A DNA stretch of 64,000 nucleotides from a virus. Taxonomy: Duplodnaviria > Heunggongvirae > Uroviricota > Caudoviricetes. Below, piece after piece: positions 53,014 to 63,138 of this stretch (within the stretch, counting starts at the first letter, position 1; each line of letters opens with the position of its first letter). The notes beneath the pieces were generated by a model. That model was not told the origin of the DNA. It ran no database searches and saw only the letters and a list, made by a program, of their open reading frames with translations. The stretch lies in IMG/VR virus record IMGVR_UViG_2778261510_000005. The stretch is one strand, 5' to 3'. Both the position numbers and the translations under genes were made by a program.

Positions 53014-56000
53014 ATGAAAAAGCTATCTATGGGGGTGTTTCGCTGTTCAAGTGTCAGCGAAATATTGAAATACATTAGGGCAATAACATCTCATCGAGCG
53101 CCGATTAGATACGGCGTGGAAAAGGTGGAAGGCAAAAGCTATGACCGACTACGCCGGGAGGCGAATCAGAAGGCGATAGATTTGCTTAATTCGCTGGTGG
53201 ACGGCGCGACACTGACAGATGAACAGCGCCAGATCCTGGCTGGGTACACCGGCGAAGGCGGCATTGGCGGGTCCGTCTCCGAATATTACACACCAAAGCC
53301 GATCGCTGAAGGTGTCTGGGAGATCATGAAGCTCTACGGCGCGGACGTAGGTAACACTCTGGAACCATCGGCGGGCACCGGCGTTTTTAATGAGACAAAA
53401 CCGGTTGGTACGGTGATGACCGCGACTGAGATCAGCAGTGTTTCCGGTCGTATAAACCAGCTGTTACACCCGGAAGACAGCGTACAGATTTCCCCGTTCG
53501 AACAGCTGGCTGTAAGCACGCCTAACGATTCATTCGACCATGTTGTGGGTAACGTTCCGTTCGGTGGTCGTGATAACACACGCAACATCGATAAGCCTTA
53601 CGCAGAAGAAACGGACATGGGGTCTTACTTCATGCTCCGCATGCTGGACAAGATAAAGCCAGGCGGATTCATGTGTGTGATTGTGCCGCCGTCCATTGTT
53701 TCAGGTTCAAACATGAAGCGGTTGCGCCTGCGCCTATCCCGTAAAGCTGAATTTCTTGGCGCTCACCGCTTGCCTACCGGTACTTTTGACGCAAACGGGA
53801 CCAGTACGGTCGTAGATGTGGTGCTGATGCGCAAACATCCGGCAGAGATGGCTGAGAAAATCCCCCTGGTGGATGAGAGCACTCTTGAATTGGCAAATGT
53901 GCTTTGGCCAACGTTTATTTCTGGCAAGTGGTTTGAAAAGGACGGCCGCCGGTTTGTTCATGGCACCCAGGAAAAGGGCTTCCAGGGGCGTATTGAGGTT
54001 CGTGCCGACGGTCAGATTGATAACCAGGCTCTTAAAGCGAAGCTGATTCATCGTTTCGAAAGCCGTATCGACTGGTCTTTGCTCGATATGGCTGAACCGT
54101 CACCGACCGCAGACGTTGTTGGTGAAGGGGAAATGCGCCTGATTAATGGCGTATGGCAAAAATATGCTGGTGGTCGCTGGATTGAAGCTGATGCCGGGAA
54201 GGAACTTAAGATCGATGCTGCCAGTTATGGCGCGGATAGCTGGGAGGCTCTTCAGCGTAACCTGACTACAACAGAAGGCCGTCTCGGCATGACATTTACC
54301 CAGATGGCAAATGTCCGCGATAAGTACACCACATCAATCAGCGACGATATGGTGCAGCTGGTGGACTGGATTAACAGCCAGCCTGAAAAATACCGTGAAC
54401 GCTTGTATCGCGGGGCGATGATTGGCCGGATGTTAATTGAATATCAGGACATGAAGGCCGCCGGGCATAGTGCTGAACAAATCGAACAGCAGCGCCTTTC
54501 TCTGGTATCCCGTTTGCAGGCAGAGATTGACCGTTTTGGTAACCCCGGTCGCGGTCCGATAGCGAAATTATCGGGGAGCGGTGCGCGCGCCTGGTTTGCT
54601 TTCCGTGGTGCAATTAAGCTGGATGGCACTATTTCTGACGAGCTGACAGGAAAACTGGTTACGCATGATTCCAGCGCCAGTTATGACTCCACCAGCTATC
54701 AGGACACCCTGCGTTATCTCTACAGTGATCTCACTCGCGATCCAATCCAGCTCGATGATTTCCGCCTTGCGTTTACCGGCGAACTGCCAGCCAGTGATGA
54801 CGAGTTGCTTAATTTATTGGCCAGCACCCCTGGCATTGCGGTTTCACCGTATGGCGGGATTGTTCCGTTCGCCCGCGCCACCAGCGGCGACATTAACGAG
54901 ATAGTGGCTCCAAAACAGGAATTCCTTGCCACACTCCCCGACGGTCCAGTAAAGAACAACGTCCTTAATCAGCTGGCAGCGATCGAAGAGAAGCGCATCA
55001 AGACGCCAGCAGAGAATATCCGCTTTAAGCTCAATAGCCGTTGGTTCGACCGCTCCGTCATTCTGGAGTTTTTGCAGGAAAACGGCTATCCGGATCTGCG
55101 CTATGTGCAGTCAGTGCAGCTGGAAGGCGACGAAATGGTTTCTGACACCTATCACGGTGGTGATGGTCTGTTCGTCGGGCACCGATACGGTGTCGTCCAG
55201 CGCAAGGATAAAGAAACAGGCGAGATCCGCTACGAGTGGGACCGTAAATCAGGTGAAAACGCGACCGGGTTCCCGGCACAGCTGGAAAAGTATCTCAATG
55301 GTGCGCGTATCGGTGGCAAAGATAGCGCGACGGCGAACGGCTACCGCGAGCAGATGGCACTGCTTGAGGACCAGTTCAATAAGTGGATCAAGACGCACGA
55401 TCGCTACGATGAGCTGGTTGCCAAATACAACGATGTGTTCAATAGCAATATCCCGTATGAACACTCTGGCGATCCGCTTGGGTTGAAGGGATTAAGCGGT
55501 AAGCGCCAGCCATTTGATTACCAGAATAGCGAGGTGCGCCGACTGTCCGAAGATGGGCGCGGCATCCTGGGCTTCGGCACCGGGCTGGGTAAAACCACGA
55601 CCGCGCTGGCGCTTGAGGCGTTCAACTATGAGAACGGTCGCTCCACCCGTACTGCGTATGTAGTGCCTAAATCAGTGCTGGAAAACTGGTATTACGAAGC
55701 AAAAGAATTCCTGAGTGAAGAGGCATTCAGTAACTACCTGTTCGTCGGTCTTGATGTGCTGATGGATGGCGATCAGATTCGCCAGGTGCCGGTGCTCGAT
55801 GAGAACGGTAAACCTGTCCTTGGTGCTGATGGCACTCCACTTATGCGCGATGCCCTTAAGCTGGCAGATGAAGCCACTATCACGGCGCGGATGAACGCGA
55901 TACCGCACTCAAATTACCGTGCAGTCGTGTTTACCAAAGAGCAATACGCCCGCATTCCGCTACGTGATGACACCGTAGATGAGCATGCACAGGATATGCT

Positions 56001-59000
56001 TTATGACTTCGTTGCCGCCGGGCGCGTAGCCAGCGCAATGGACTCCGACTCCCACCGCAAAGAGGCAGCGCGTCGCCGGGTATTGTCGGAGTATTCAGAT
56101 ACCGGTACCGAAAAAGCAGAGAAGTATCCGTACTTTGAGGATATGGGCTTCGACAGCGTGATCGCCGACGAAGGCCACAACTACCGCAATAGCTATAAAA
56201 ATGGTCGCGAAGCGTCACAACTGGCCTATCTGCCCACCAGCGCGGTGGCGCAATCGGCGCGGGATATGGCAATTAAAAACGCGTACCTGATGAAAAAGAA
56301 TGGCGGGCGCGGGCCGGTTCTTCTGACTGCAACGCCAGTCGTTAACACCCCGATCGATGCATACAACATGCTTTCTCATGTTCTGCCGAAGGAATACTGG
56401 CAGAAGATGGGGATCTACGGTCCTGATGACTTCGTTAAATTCTTCGGCAAGACCAGGCTGGAAACGGTACAGAAAATTAGCGGTGAAGTTGAAGAAAAAA
56501 TGGCGCTGGTGGGCTTTGAAAACCTTGATGCGCTGCGCGGTATATTCCATCGCTGGGTAACGCTTAAAACGGCGGAAGACGTTAAGGATACCGTGGAGAT
56601 CCCGGAGCTGGACGAACACCAGCAGGATGCACCACTTACTGAAGAACAACTGGCGGCGTATGAAGAATTGCGTCAGCAGGCGGAAGCGGCGGCCAAAGCC
56701 AACAATGGCGTAACGACCTCGGTCGATGAAGACGGAGTGATTGAGCACGAGAAAGCCCGTCCGATCTTCTCAATAATCAGGGATATGGACCGCGTATGTA
56801 CTGACATGGACCTGTACTATCGCCGGATCACCTATCGTTTCCTGCCGGAGTACGCCGATGCGGTGCAGCAGCTGGCGGACAGTTTGCCCAAACAAGCCAC
56901 CAGCGAAGACGACGACAGTGATGATTCAATCACGCAGCAATCGCAATACTCCCTGATAGATAAGGGCGAGTTTATTCAGTTGCAGGTTCCGGAAGCGTTC
57001 GAGCAGGAAGTGAATAAGCGCTTGGCCAAGTTTGGCATTGACGAACAGACCGTAACTCACCCCGTTACGCCCAAATACGCGAAGCTGATCGCCACGCTGA
57101 AGGAGTTTTTCCCGGAAGGTAAGCAAATCATCTTCACGGACGAAAAAACGCAGCACCAGAAGCTCAAGCGCATTATCTGCAATGCTCTTAACCTTGAACC
57201 TTCAAAGGTGGGGATCCTGAATGCTCAGACGGTTGCCGAGGCAGGTAAAACCGGTAAGAAACTGAAAGCGGTTAAACCGCCGAAAGAGCTACCGGATGAA
57301 CCAACAGATGCACAGATAGCGAAATACAACGAGCAAATGGCTCTGTATGACGCCTATATCGCGCAGCAAAATGAAATGTCGCTGGGCGGGCTGGAAAAGA
57401 TTGCTGCCGACTTCCAGGAGGGCCGGACTCCGATCATCATCTGCAACAAAAAGGCAGAGGTGGGTATCAACCTGCATCGAGGAACGACTGACATCCATCA
57501 TCTGACGTTGCCATGGACACCAGCCAGTATCGCACAGCGTAACGGTCGCGGTGCCCGAGTTGGTTCCAACCGTGCAAGCGTTCGCGTTCACTACTACTGC
57601 GGCAAGGGTTCTTTCGATGAATACCGACTGAAGACGCTGAAGCGTAAAGCAGGCTGGATCTCCGATATCCTCCGCTCAGATAAGTCTGAAATGGAGAACG
57701 CCGACGCCAACGATATGATCGAAATGCAGATGTATACCGCTAAGGATGATGGCGAACGTCTGGCAATGATGCAGGTTCAAATGGATAAGGCGAAAGCCGC
57801 GCAACGCGCTCGCCAGAAAGAACAGGCTACTATCGACCTTCAGAACTACATCAAGGCGCAGCACGCAGCTGGCGAGGATGTGGAGGTACTTACCGCTGAA
57901 TTAGAGCGAAGCAAAGCGGAACTTGAAAAGACCACCGCCGAGGTAGCTAAATTCAAACAGGCGGTAATGGCCAAAGCAGCTGATAACGCAGACTGGAAGG
58001 CCCGCTGGGGTAGCGTCCATCACACAGACCGTACGTTGTTAGCACAGTATCGCGCGTCGTTGAAAAGCGCCATTCAGCGCAAGGCTAATATCTCTCAGGC
58101 CATCTCCCGCTATGAGAAATTATTGAACCGTACTCAGAAGGCCGCGACGGATATCAAACGCCTGCGCCCGCTGGTGGAGGATGCAATAAATAAAGGCATT
58201 CTGGATGTTGATCCTGATCTGGTTAACCATGCGAATGAGTTCCTTGTTATCGGCGATCGCTCATGGCGTGTAGGCCAATACTACGATTGTGCCGGTGATA
58301 TCGTTCGCATTAAGTCGCTGGACTTCGACAGCCAGCGCGCAGACGTGGAGATCATCTTTACCTTCAAAGGCACCAAATCGGGTAACTGGGATGTGAAGAC
58401 GCTGGATAAACAGGTTGATGTAACTCCCGATGAAGATGCTGTTATGCAGAAAATCAGTGGTGGCGTCTCCATCGCCGGGATTAACGACATCATTTCCTGT
58501 GACGATTTCTACCGTTTCCAGCAGCGCGGCATGATCAAAATCACTGACTCATACGGCGTTCAGACTACAGAGTCAGGCTATAGCATTGATTTTGTTGGTA
58601 CCTATACGGACCCACTGAAGCATGCGGTTTACCCGGATCGCCGTGACGGCGCGCTGAAGTCGTCAATTGCAAAATGGGTGCTTGGTATGATGTCTGAAGG
58701 GAATAACCGCCAGGTCCGTTTGGCAGAAGCATTCCTGGTTGAACTGTTTGGTTCCAATTATGGCGATGTAATCGCGTCATACGGAGATACGCTATCCCCT
58801 GAAGCAATTCAGGAGAACATAGCGGATGCGATCGCAAAAATGCCGGAGAAAACAAGCCAGGGGGCTACTCGTAACGGGGATTCTGAACTTGAGGTCACCA
58901 ATGCCATTTTCGGTACCAATGAGTTCCGGGCGTCAGATTATGAGATCACCACAACACAGTTTGGCCCCATTGGCATTTACAGCAATAAAGACGAGATCAA

Positions 59001-59781
59001 GCAGGCAATGGACGCAGCAAGCGCGCGCATTGCAGCAGAACGGAAAGCCAATCTGAATCATGCAGTCGCCGCGCTGACTCAATCGTGGGTAACAGCAATC
59101 AGGGAGGCCGCCGCCACAGGGAAAATCACACCGGCAATTGCGGATGTCGTAAACGACGGCTCTAAATTTATGGATGCCTATCAAATGGATGCGGTGCAGT
59201 TGCCATCAGCCTATGGCCAACTCAGCTATCGCATGACCTACAACCTGGTATCAATGTTTTCCGACCTTGCCATCCTTGGGCTGGTGGACCTTAACGAGGT
59301 TACGCCGGAATTGCTCAGCATGCGCAAGAACCATGTGGAGATATTGCACAGAATTAACACGGTACTTTCCGGGCGCACCGATGAAGAGAAACAGGCAGAC
59401 GCTGATCGGATAAACCTGGCCCTTGGCAACATCACGGAGGAAGAAATTGCCGCCAGAAACGAGAAACAAGAAGAGTTATCATCAATACAGGGTGATGCCA
59501 CCAGCATAGCTCAGTCTCTTGGTCTGAATTATCGCGTATCCACCGCCGACCTGAAGATGATGTACGCACCGAAATTCGCCGCTGGCGAGGTATTTGGGCT
59601 TCAGGAAGCCTCAGGCATGAAAGGCGTTCTTTTCCGTGCGAAAGACGCAATCAAGGCGAAATTCGGCGCTCGCTGGCTGCCAGCGAAGGCGAAGAACAGC
59701 GATTTCCCGGGTAACTGGTGGATTATCGAGACAAAACACAACGTGGCGGACGTTCTGGCCGTCATCCAACAATACGCATAA
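53014..59781 (+). CDS. darB: giant antirestriction protein with N-terminal N6-adenine methyltransferase-like and central SF2 helicase-like domains
   Basis: 2255 aa; MTase motifs EPSAGTGVF and VGNVPFGG; helicase motifs GFGTGLGKTTTA and VIADEGHNY; size identical to P1 DarB. Confidence 0.8.
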   Translation: MKKLSMGVFRCSSVSEILKYIRAITSHRAPIRYGVEKVEGKSYDRLRREANQKAIDLLNSLVDGATLTDEQRQILAGYTGEGGIGGSVSEYYTPKPIAEGVWEIMKLYGADVGNTLEPSAGTGVFNETKPVGTVMTATEISSVSGRINQLLHPEDSVQISPFEQLAVSTPNDSFDHVVGNVPFGGRDNTRNIDKPYAEETDMGSYFMLRMLDKIKPGGFMCVIVPPSIVSGSNMKRLRLRLSRKAEFLGAHRLPTGTFDANGTSTVVDVVLMRKHPAEMAEKIPLVDESTLELANVLWPTFISGKWFEKDGRRFVHGTQEKGFQGRIEVRADGQIDNQALKAKLIHRFESRIDWSLLDMAEPSPTADVVGEGEMRLINGVWQKYAGGRWIEADAGKELKIDAASYGADSWEALQRNLTTTEGRLGMTFTQMANVRDKYTTSISDDMVQLVDWINSQPEKYRERLYRGAMIGRMLIEYQDMKAAGHSAEQIEQQRLSLVSRLQAEIDRFGNPGRGPIAKLSGSGARAWFAFRGAIKLDGTISDELTGKLVTHDSSASYDSTSYQDTLRYLYSDLTRDPIQLDDFRLAFTGELPASDDELLNLLASTPGIAVSPYGGIVPFARATSGDINEIVAPKQEFLATLPDGPVKNNVLNQLAAIEEKRIKTPAENIRFKLNSRWFDRSVILEFLQENGYPDLRYVQSVQLEGDEMVSDTYHGGDGLFVGHRYGVVQRKDKETGEIRYEWDRKSGENATGFPAQLEKYLNGARIGGKDSATANGYREQMALLEDQFNKWIKTHDRYDELVAKYNDVFNSNIPYEHSGDPLGLKGLSGKRQPFDYQNSEVRRLSEDGRGILGFGTGLGKTTTALALEAFNYENGRSTRTAYVVPKSVLENWYYEAKEFLSEEAFSNYLFVGLDVLMDGDQIRQVPVLDENGKPVLGADGTPLMRDALKLADEATITARMNAIPHSNYRAVVFTKEQYARIPLRDDTVDEHAQDMLYDFVAAGRVASAMDSDSHRKEAARRRVLSEYSDTGTEKAEKYPYFEDMGFDSVIADEGHNYRNSYKNGREASQLAYLPTSAVAQSARDMAIKNAYLMKKNGGRGPVLLTATPVVNTPIDAYNMLSHVLPKEYWQKMGIYGPDDFVKFFGKTRLETVQKISGEVEEKMALVGFENLDALRGIFHRWVTLKTAEDVKDTVEIPELDEHQQDAPLTEEQLAAYEELRQQAEAAAKANNGVTTSVDEDGVIEHEKARPIFSIIRDMDRVCTDMDLYYRRITYRFLPEYADAVQQLADSLPKQATSEDDDSDDSITQQSQYSLIDKGEFIQLQVPEAFEQEVNKRLAKFGIDEQTVTHPVTPKYAKLIATLKEFFPEGKQIIFTDEKTQHQKLKRIICNALNLEPSKVGILNAQTVAEAGKTGKKLKAVKPPKELPDEPTDAQIAKYNEQMALYDAYIAQQNEMSLGGLEKIAADFQEGRTPIIICNKKAEVGINLHRGTTDIHHLTLPWTPASIAQRNGRGARVGSNRASVRVHYYCGKGSFDEYRLKTLKRKAGWISDILRSDKSEMENADANDMIEMQMYTAKDDGERLAMMQVQMDKAKAAQRARQKEQATIDLQNYIKAQHAAGEDVEVLTAELERSKAELEKTTAEVAKFKQAVMAKAADNADWKARWGSVHHTDRTLLAQYRASLKSAIQRKANISQAISRYEKLLNRTQKAATDIKRLRPLVEDAINKGILDVDPDLVNHANEFLVIGDRSWRVGQYYDCAGDIVRIKSLDFDSQRADVEIIFTFKGTKSGNWDVKTLDKQVDVTPDEDAVMQKISGGVSIAGINDIISCDDFYRFQQRGMIKITDSYGVQTTESGYSIDFVGTYTDPLKHAVYPDRRDGALKSSIAKWVLGMMSEGNNRQVRLAEAFLVELFGSNYGDVIASYGDTLSPEAIQENIADAIAKMPEKTSQGATRNGDSELEVTNAIFGTNEFRASDYEITTTQFGPIGIYSNKDEIKQAMDAASARIAAERKANLNHAVAALTQSWVTAIREAAATGKITPAIADVVNDGSKFMDAYQMDAVQLPSAYGQLSYRMTYNLVSMFSDLAILGLVDLNEVTPELLSMRKNHVEILHRINTVLSGRTDEEKQADADRINLALGNITEEEIAARNEKQEELSSIQGDATSIAQSLGLNYRVSTADLKMMYAPKFAAGEVFGLQEASGMKGVLFRAKDAIKAKFGARWLPAKAKNSDFPGNWWIIETKHNVADVLAVIQQYA

Positions 59782-59814
59782 CAGGAGCGCCCGGTTCGCC
59801 GGGCGTCGCATAAT

Positions 59815-60255
59815 ATGGCCACACTATCTGATACAATAAAACCGAATAAAACATATCTTGAGGCGGTACTCCGTACAGCGTTGTTAGGAAAGACAGAAGA
59901 CGAATACGTTGATTTCTTCCTGTCAGGGCTACGCGGGCGATTACTGAAAAATCCCCGCCTGTACCGCAGCTATGGTCCATACTGGCCGGAAATTAAAAAA
60001 TTATTACTGGAGCGCGGTTATGGTAATTTCGGTCGTCTCGTTGACCGTGACGTTCGCAAAATTTACCGTTATGACCGTCCGGCGCTGACGCTCATAGCCG
60101 CGACGCTCTACAGCCAGGAGCGTTTTGATAATGGTCAGATATACTCAGCCTGGCATTTACTGCCAGTGCCTGAAGAGGTTGACGACCAGGACTATGAGTT
60201 TGAGTCTTACGATTTGGAAGTTGAAGCCTTGGCACAGGCTGGAGAGAAAACTTGA
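59815..60255 (+). CDS. hypothetical protein (Ulx-like position)
   Basis: 146-aa ORF between darB and lxc. Confidence 0.45.
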   Translation: MATLSDTIKPNKTYLEAVLRTALLGKTEDEYVDFFLSGLRGRLLKNPRLYRSYGPYWPEIKKLLLERGYGNFGRLVDRDVRKIYRYDRPALTLIAATLYSQERFDNGQIYSAWHLLPVPEEVDDQDYEFESYDLEVEALAQAGEKT

Positions 60256-60500
60256 AAAAGCGATACTACACAGTAAAGCATGGGACGCTACGAGCATTAC
60301 AAGAGTTTGCTGACAAGCACAACGTTGAGGTGCGCAGGGAAGGGGGAAGTAAAGCTCTGCGCATGTACCGCCCGGACGGGAAATGGCGGACGGTCGTCGA
60401 TTTCAAAACTAACAGTGTTCCCCAAGGTGTCCGCGACCGGGCATTCGAAGAATGGGAGCAGATCATCATAGATAACGCATTGCTTCTGAATGCTGATTAA
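60252..60500 (+). CDS. lxc: Bof/Lxc-like C1 corepressor, 82 aa, TTG start
   Basis: TTG at 60252 6 nt after GGAGAG, overlapping upstream stop; 82 codons as in P1 Bof. Confidence 0.6.
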   Translation: MKKRYYTVKHGTLRALQEFADKHNVEVRREGGSKALRMYRPDGKWRTVVDFKTNSVPQGVRDRAFEEWEQIIIDNALLLNAD

Positions 60501-60505
60501 GAACT

Positions 60506-60532
60506 CTCCGGCCTAGGGAGATTAGGCCGGAG
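60506..60532. terminator. perfect 10-bp-stem hairpin between convergent lxc and SIR2 genes
   Basis: CTCCGGCCTA-GGGAGAT-TAGGCCGGAG; no clean U-tract on either side. Confidence 0.5.
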
Positions 60533-60541
60533 ATAAATATA

Positions 60542-61846
60542 CTATATAAACTTAGATATAATATCGTGAATCTGTTGTAGCGGGATATCTTCCATCTCAT
60601 TCTTAATAAGAGAGCGGTTAGATGCTGTCAGTGAAGGCCATTTTGTTTTCCAGGCTAGATATGCTCGCCATGAGCAGCCTGTTTCGTAAGGTTTATTCAT
60701 ATTAGTCATTGAGTGCTCAACCGCATGTATGTATTTTTTCTCAAAATTGGTTCCTTTTACTTCAAATAAACTACCGAAATAAATAAGCCATTTTGCCAAG
60801 TGTTCATACTGCTCCCATGCGCCAGGCTTTTTAGTAAGTTCTATTTTTTTATCTATTATATTACAAAAAACATTTAATACATTTTCATTATTCCAGCTAT
60901 ATCCAGATGATGAAATGGAGGAAATGATATGATAAAAAGAATCCTCTAGCTTCAAGAACTCTATTTTATACTCTCTTCCGTTTTTTATTACCGATTTGAT
61001 TGAGTGCCTCAATTTGTCTTTTATTTTTTTTGCTTCTGGAATTTTATCGTTAAGTTTTCTAAAGAAATCAGATACCTCTGTTTTATCTATAACCCTAACC
61101 CCATAGCAGGAAAAATAGTAATCTTTAATAGGTTGCAATAGTTCCCCTCGGGAAACAAGGAAAATATTGGAGGACATTACGTTGTCCCGTGAAAATACCT
61201 TATATTCATTTATAATAGCCTTTAGGTTCGCGTCACTTAGAGAATAGCCAAGGATAACAATAGTGTTTTCATGTAGAACTGTGCTTAGTTTATTAGAAAA
61301 GTAAGAATTACCATTTATAAATCTGAAATAATCCTCGCTAGTAACAACCATGTCTGATGGGGAGTCTATAGAACCGTGAACATGGTAGACTTTAACCTCA
61401 CAATTATATTTTGGAATTGGCAGGCCGGGGGTGATTGTACACGTTCGATTCTCTCCAGCCAGCTTTTCTGCTAACTTGTCATAATTTGTCGTAATTACTT
61501 TAAATGTGTTTTCTTTGAAAAAGTCTTGAATATATTCAATTGATGGATCAAGTTCGATTGAGGCTATGATTTTCTCAATCTCCTGGTAAATATTTTTCCC
61601 CGAAAGTATAAATTTTAGTGCAATAACCTGAGCAGCCTCTTCAAGGCTAAGGTCTTTTGCTTTTCCATCAGGAAATAATTCCTCTTTGAGTGAGTCACCA
61701 TCCTTCAACAAACCGCACAGTTGCTCCAATAAAGATTGCCAACTTGGGGCTTTATCATCAGAAACAGCCTTTGAAAATCCAGTGCCTGTAAGAAAGCACA
61801 GCCTATGTGTAGCTGCTGCATAGGCAATTTCTATATACTCGCTCAT
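60542..61846 (-). CDS. SIR2-family (ThsA-like SIR2_2) protein with uncharacterised alpha-helical C-terminal domain
   Basis: 434 aa; motif blocks FLTGTGFSKAVSDDKAPSWQSLL, KVITTNYDKL, VYHVHGSIDSP...EDY, IVILGYSLSDANL align to ThsA SIR2 blocks; ATG 61846 with GGAG RBS; coding sequence AT-rich. Confidence 0.8.
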   Translation of the reverse strand: MSEYIEIAYAAATHRLCFLTGTGFSKAVSDDKAPSWQSLLEQLCGLLKDGDSLKEELFPDGKAKDLSLEEAAQVIALKFILSGKNIYQEIEKIIASIELDPSIEYIQDFFKENTFKVITTNYDKLAEKLAGENRTCTITPGLPIPKYNCEVKVYHVHGSIDSPSDMVVTSEDYFRFINGNSYFSNKLSTVLHENTIVILGYSLSDANLKAIINEYKVFSRDNVMSSNIFLVSRGELLQPIKDYYFSCYGVRVIDKTEVSDFFRKLNDKIPEAKKIKDKLRHSIKSVIKNGREYKIEFLKLEDSFYHIISSISSSGYSWNNENVLNVFCNIIDKKIELTKKPGAWEQYEHLAKWLIYFGSLFEVKGTNFEKKYIHAVEHSMTNMNKPYETGCSWRAYLAWKTKWPSLTASNRSLIKNEMEDIPLQQIHDIISKFI

Positions 61847-61902
61847 TACTTACTCCATTTACTTATAGTTCTACGGAGAAGTATACCCTAATGCATTGAC
61901 GT

Positions 61903-62544
61903 TTATAGATAATTTCCTTTTCCTGTTAATACTCCCTTAGGCACCTGTTTTTGTGCCAGCGTTTGGGTTCCGCGAATTATGTTAATCAGAGGGCTTAGTA
62001 ACGATGGTTCCTGGCGTGCCTCAACTTCTCCAGCCATTGCCCTGATGTAGTCTGCGCTGGCAACGTTGTTGTATTCCGTCGCAAAGCAACATAGTAACGT
62101 CAGAACATGCTCTGTCGTTATTTCGCTCCAGTTGATGTTGAAAAATTCATCGCCTTTTTTGTCGTGTTCGGAATCGAAGATGCTTTGGTGGAGGATGTAT
62201 TTGCCGGATTCTTTGCGCGGTAACTTGATCGCTTTCTGGCGTTCCAATTCCTTGTAAATCTGCATTGCCTCAATTAGTACCGGCCTGCCGTTCATGAAGG
62301 GATCGCGCAACCTTACACGCTGGCCAACTCGACCAGTAATAAAGCTGTTTTCCTCTTCCACCAGCACGATAAAACCTTTTTCCTCTTTCTCACGCAATTC
62401 GCGCAGCAACTGGAGTTCCATATCGCGGCGGCGTTCAGGGTAGCTGGTCCGCTCAGCCATTATCAGCTCGTTGTTGATCCATGCAGCAGTCATTGACGCC
62501 GGTTTGCCGACGCTCATCGAAACAACGCATATTTTCTTATCCAT
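61903..62544 (-). CDS. hypothetical 213-aa protein, upstream partner of the SIR2 gene
   Basis: ATG 62544 preceded by AGGGGG; 56-bp spacer to SIR2 gene; ORF-track N-terminal extension to GTG 62691 rejected. Confidence 0.5.
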   Translation of the reverse strand: MDKKICVVSMSVGKPASMTAAWINNELIMAERTSYPERRRDMELQLLRELREKEEKGFIVLVEEENSFITGRVGQRVRLRDPFMNGRPVLIEAMQIYKELERQKAIKLPRKESGKYILHQSIFDSEHDKKGDEFFNINWSEITTEHVLTLLCCFATEYNNVASADYIRAMAGEVEARQEPSLLSPLINIIRGTQTLAQKQVPKGVLTGKGNYL

Positions 62545-62804
62545 AGCGCCCCCTACAAAAAAGAAAAGCCACCAGCGGCGGCTTAGCAATACAACTGAAG
62601 GTAGCGCCCGGTACTCAGACTGTGCCGTCCATGGAATATTTGAAAAGGGATCCATCCGTACCGGGCGTGTGATGATTCTGACTGAAGTCACTTGTCAGTT
62701 GTCAATTATTTATTATTAAAAATAATATATTTATTAGTGCATACAAATAAGGCACTAAGTGTGCACATTGCAACCTCAGAGAGGAAACATTCAACTAGAA
62801 TGTT

Positions 62805-62837
62805 ATTGCTCTAATAAATTTGATTTATTAGAGCAAA
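62805..62837. promoter_or_regulatory. head-to-head pair of C1-repressor-type operators
   Basis: ATTGCTCTAATAAATTT (62805-62821, 17/17) overlapping by 1 nt an inverted copy TGATTTATTAGAGCAAA (62821-62837). Confidence 0.6.
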
Positions 62838-62914
62838 TAAACTACTATTGGACGCCAGACTATTGATCTTCCTGTTGTTCAGGCTTATAGTTCCTACGTC
62901 GTAGCAAATTCTGC

Positions 62915-63125
62915 GACCGGGTTTAGCAGCCTGAATGTACATGCGGACAACCGCAGATTTCCGATATTGCGGTATTTTTATGTCCGTAAAACCGCGTTAC
63001 GCCCGAATTATGGTGGGGCGTGATGGGGAGGCTTCGGCCTGCTGGTTTCATGTACGCCAGTCTGCTAACCCCGTCACGTCCTGCCACCCGTTTAGCAGCG
63101 GGTAGCAGGTTGTTAAACCTGTACA
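62915..63125 (+). ncRNA. second c4-like antisense RNA region with switched recognition motifs (boundaries approximate)
   Basis: collinear with 21960-22160 (minus); every GACAG in copy 1 replaced by AGCAG, every GATTGTG by GTACATG, on both partner strands. Confidence 0.45.
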
Positions 63126-63138
63126 TGAGGCCGTAACT

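Noticed and set aside
60542-62544. Calling the SIR2 pair a Thoeris system
   Set aside because: No TIR-like partner and no SLOG-like C-terminal domain are recognisable; only the SIR2 domain is ThsA-like, so it is reported as an unclassified SIR2 module.
61903-62691. N-terminal 49-codon extension of the SIR2 partner gene from a GTG at 62691
   Set aside because: Extension overlaps a promoter-like AACAAGTGACT motif and has no RBS; the internal ATG at 62544 has an AGGGGG RBS.
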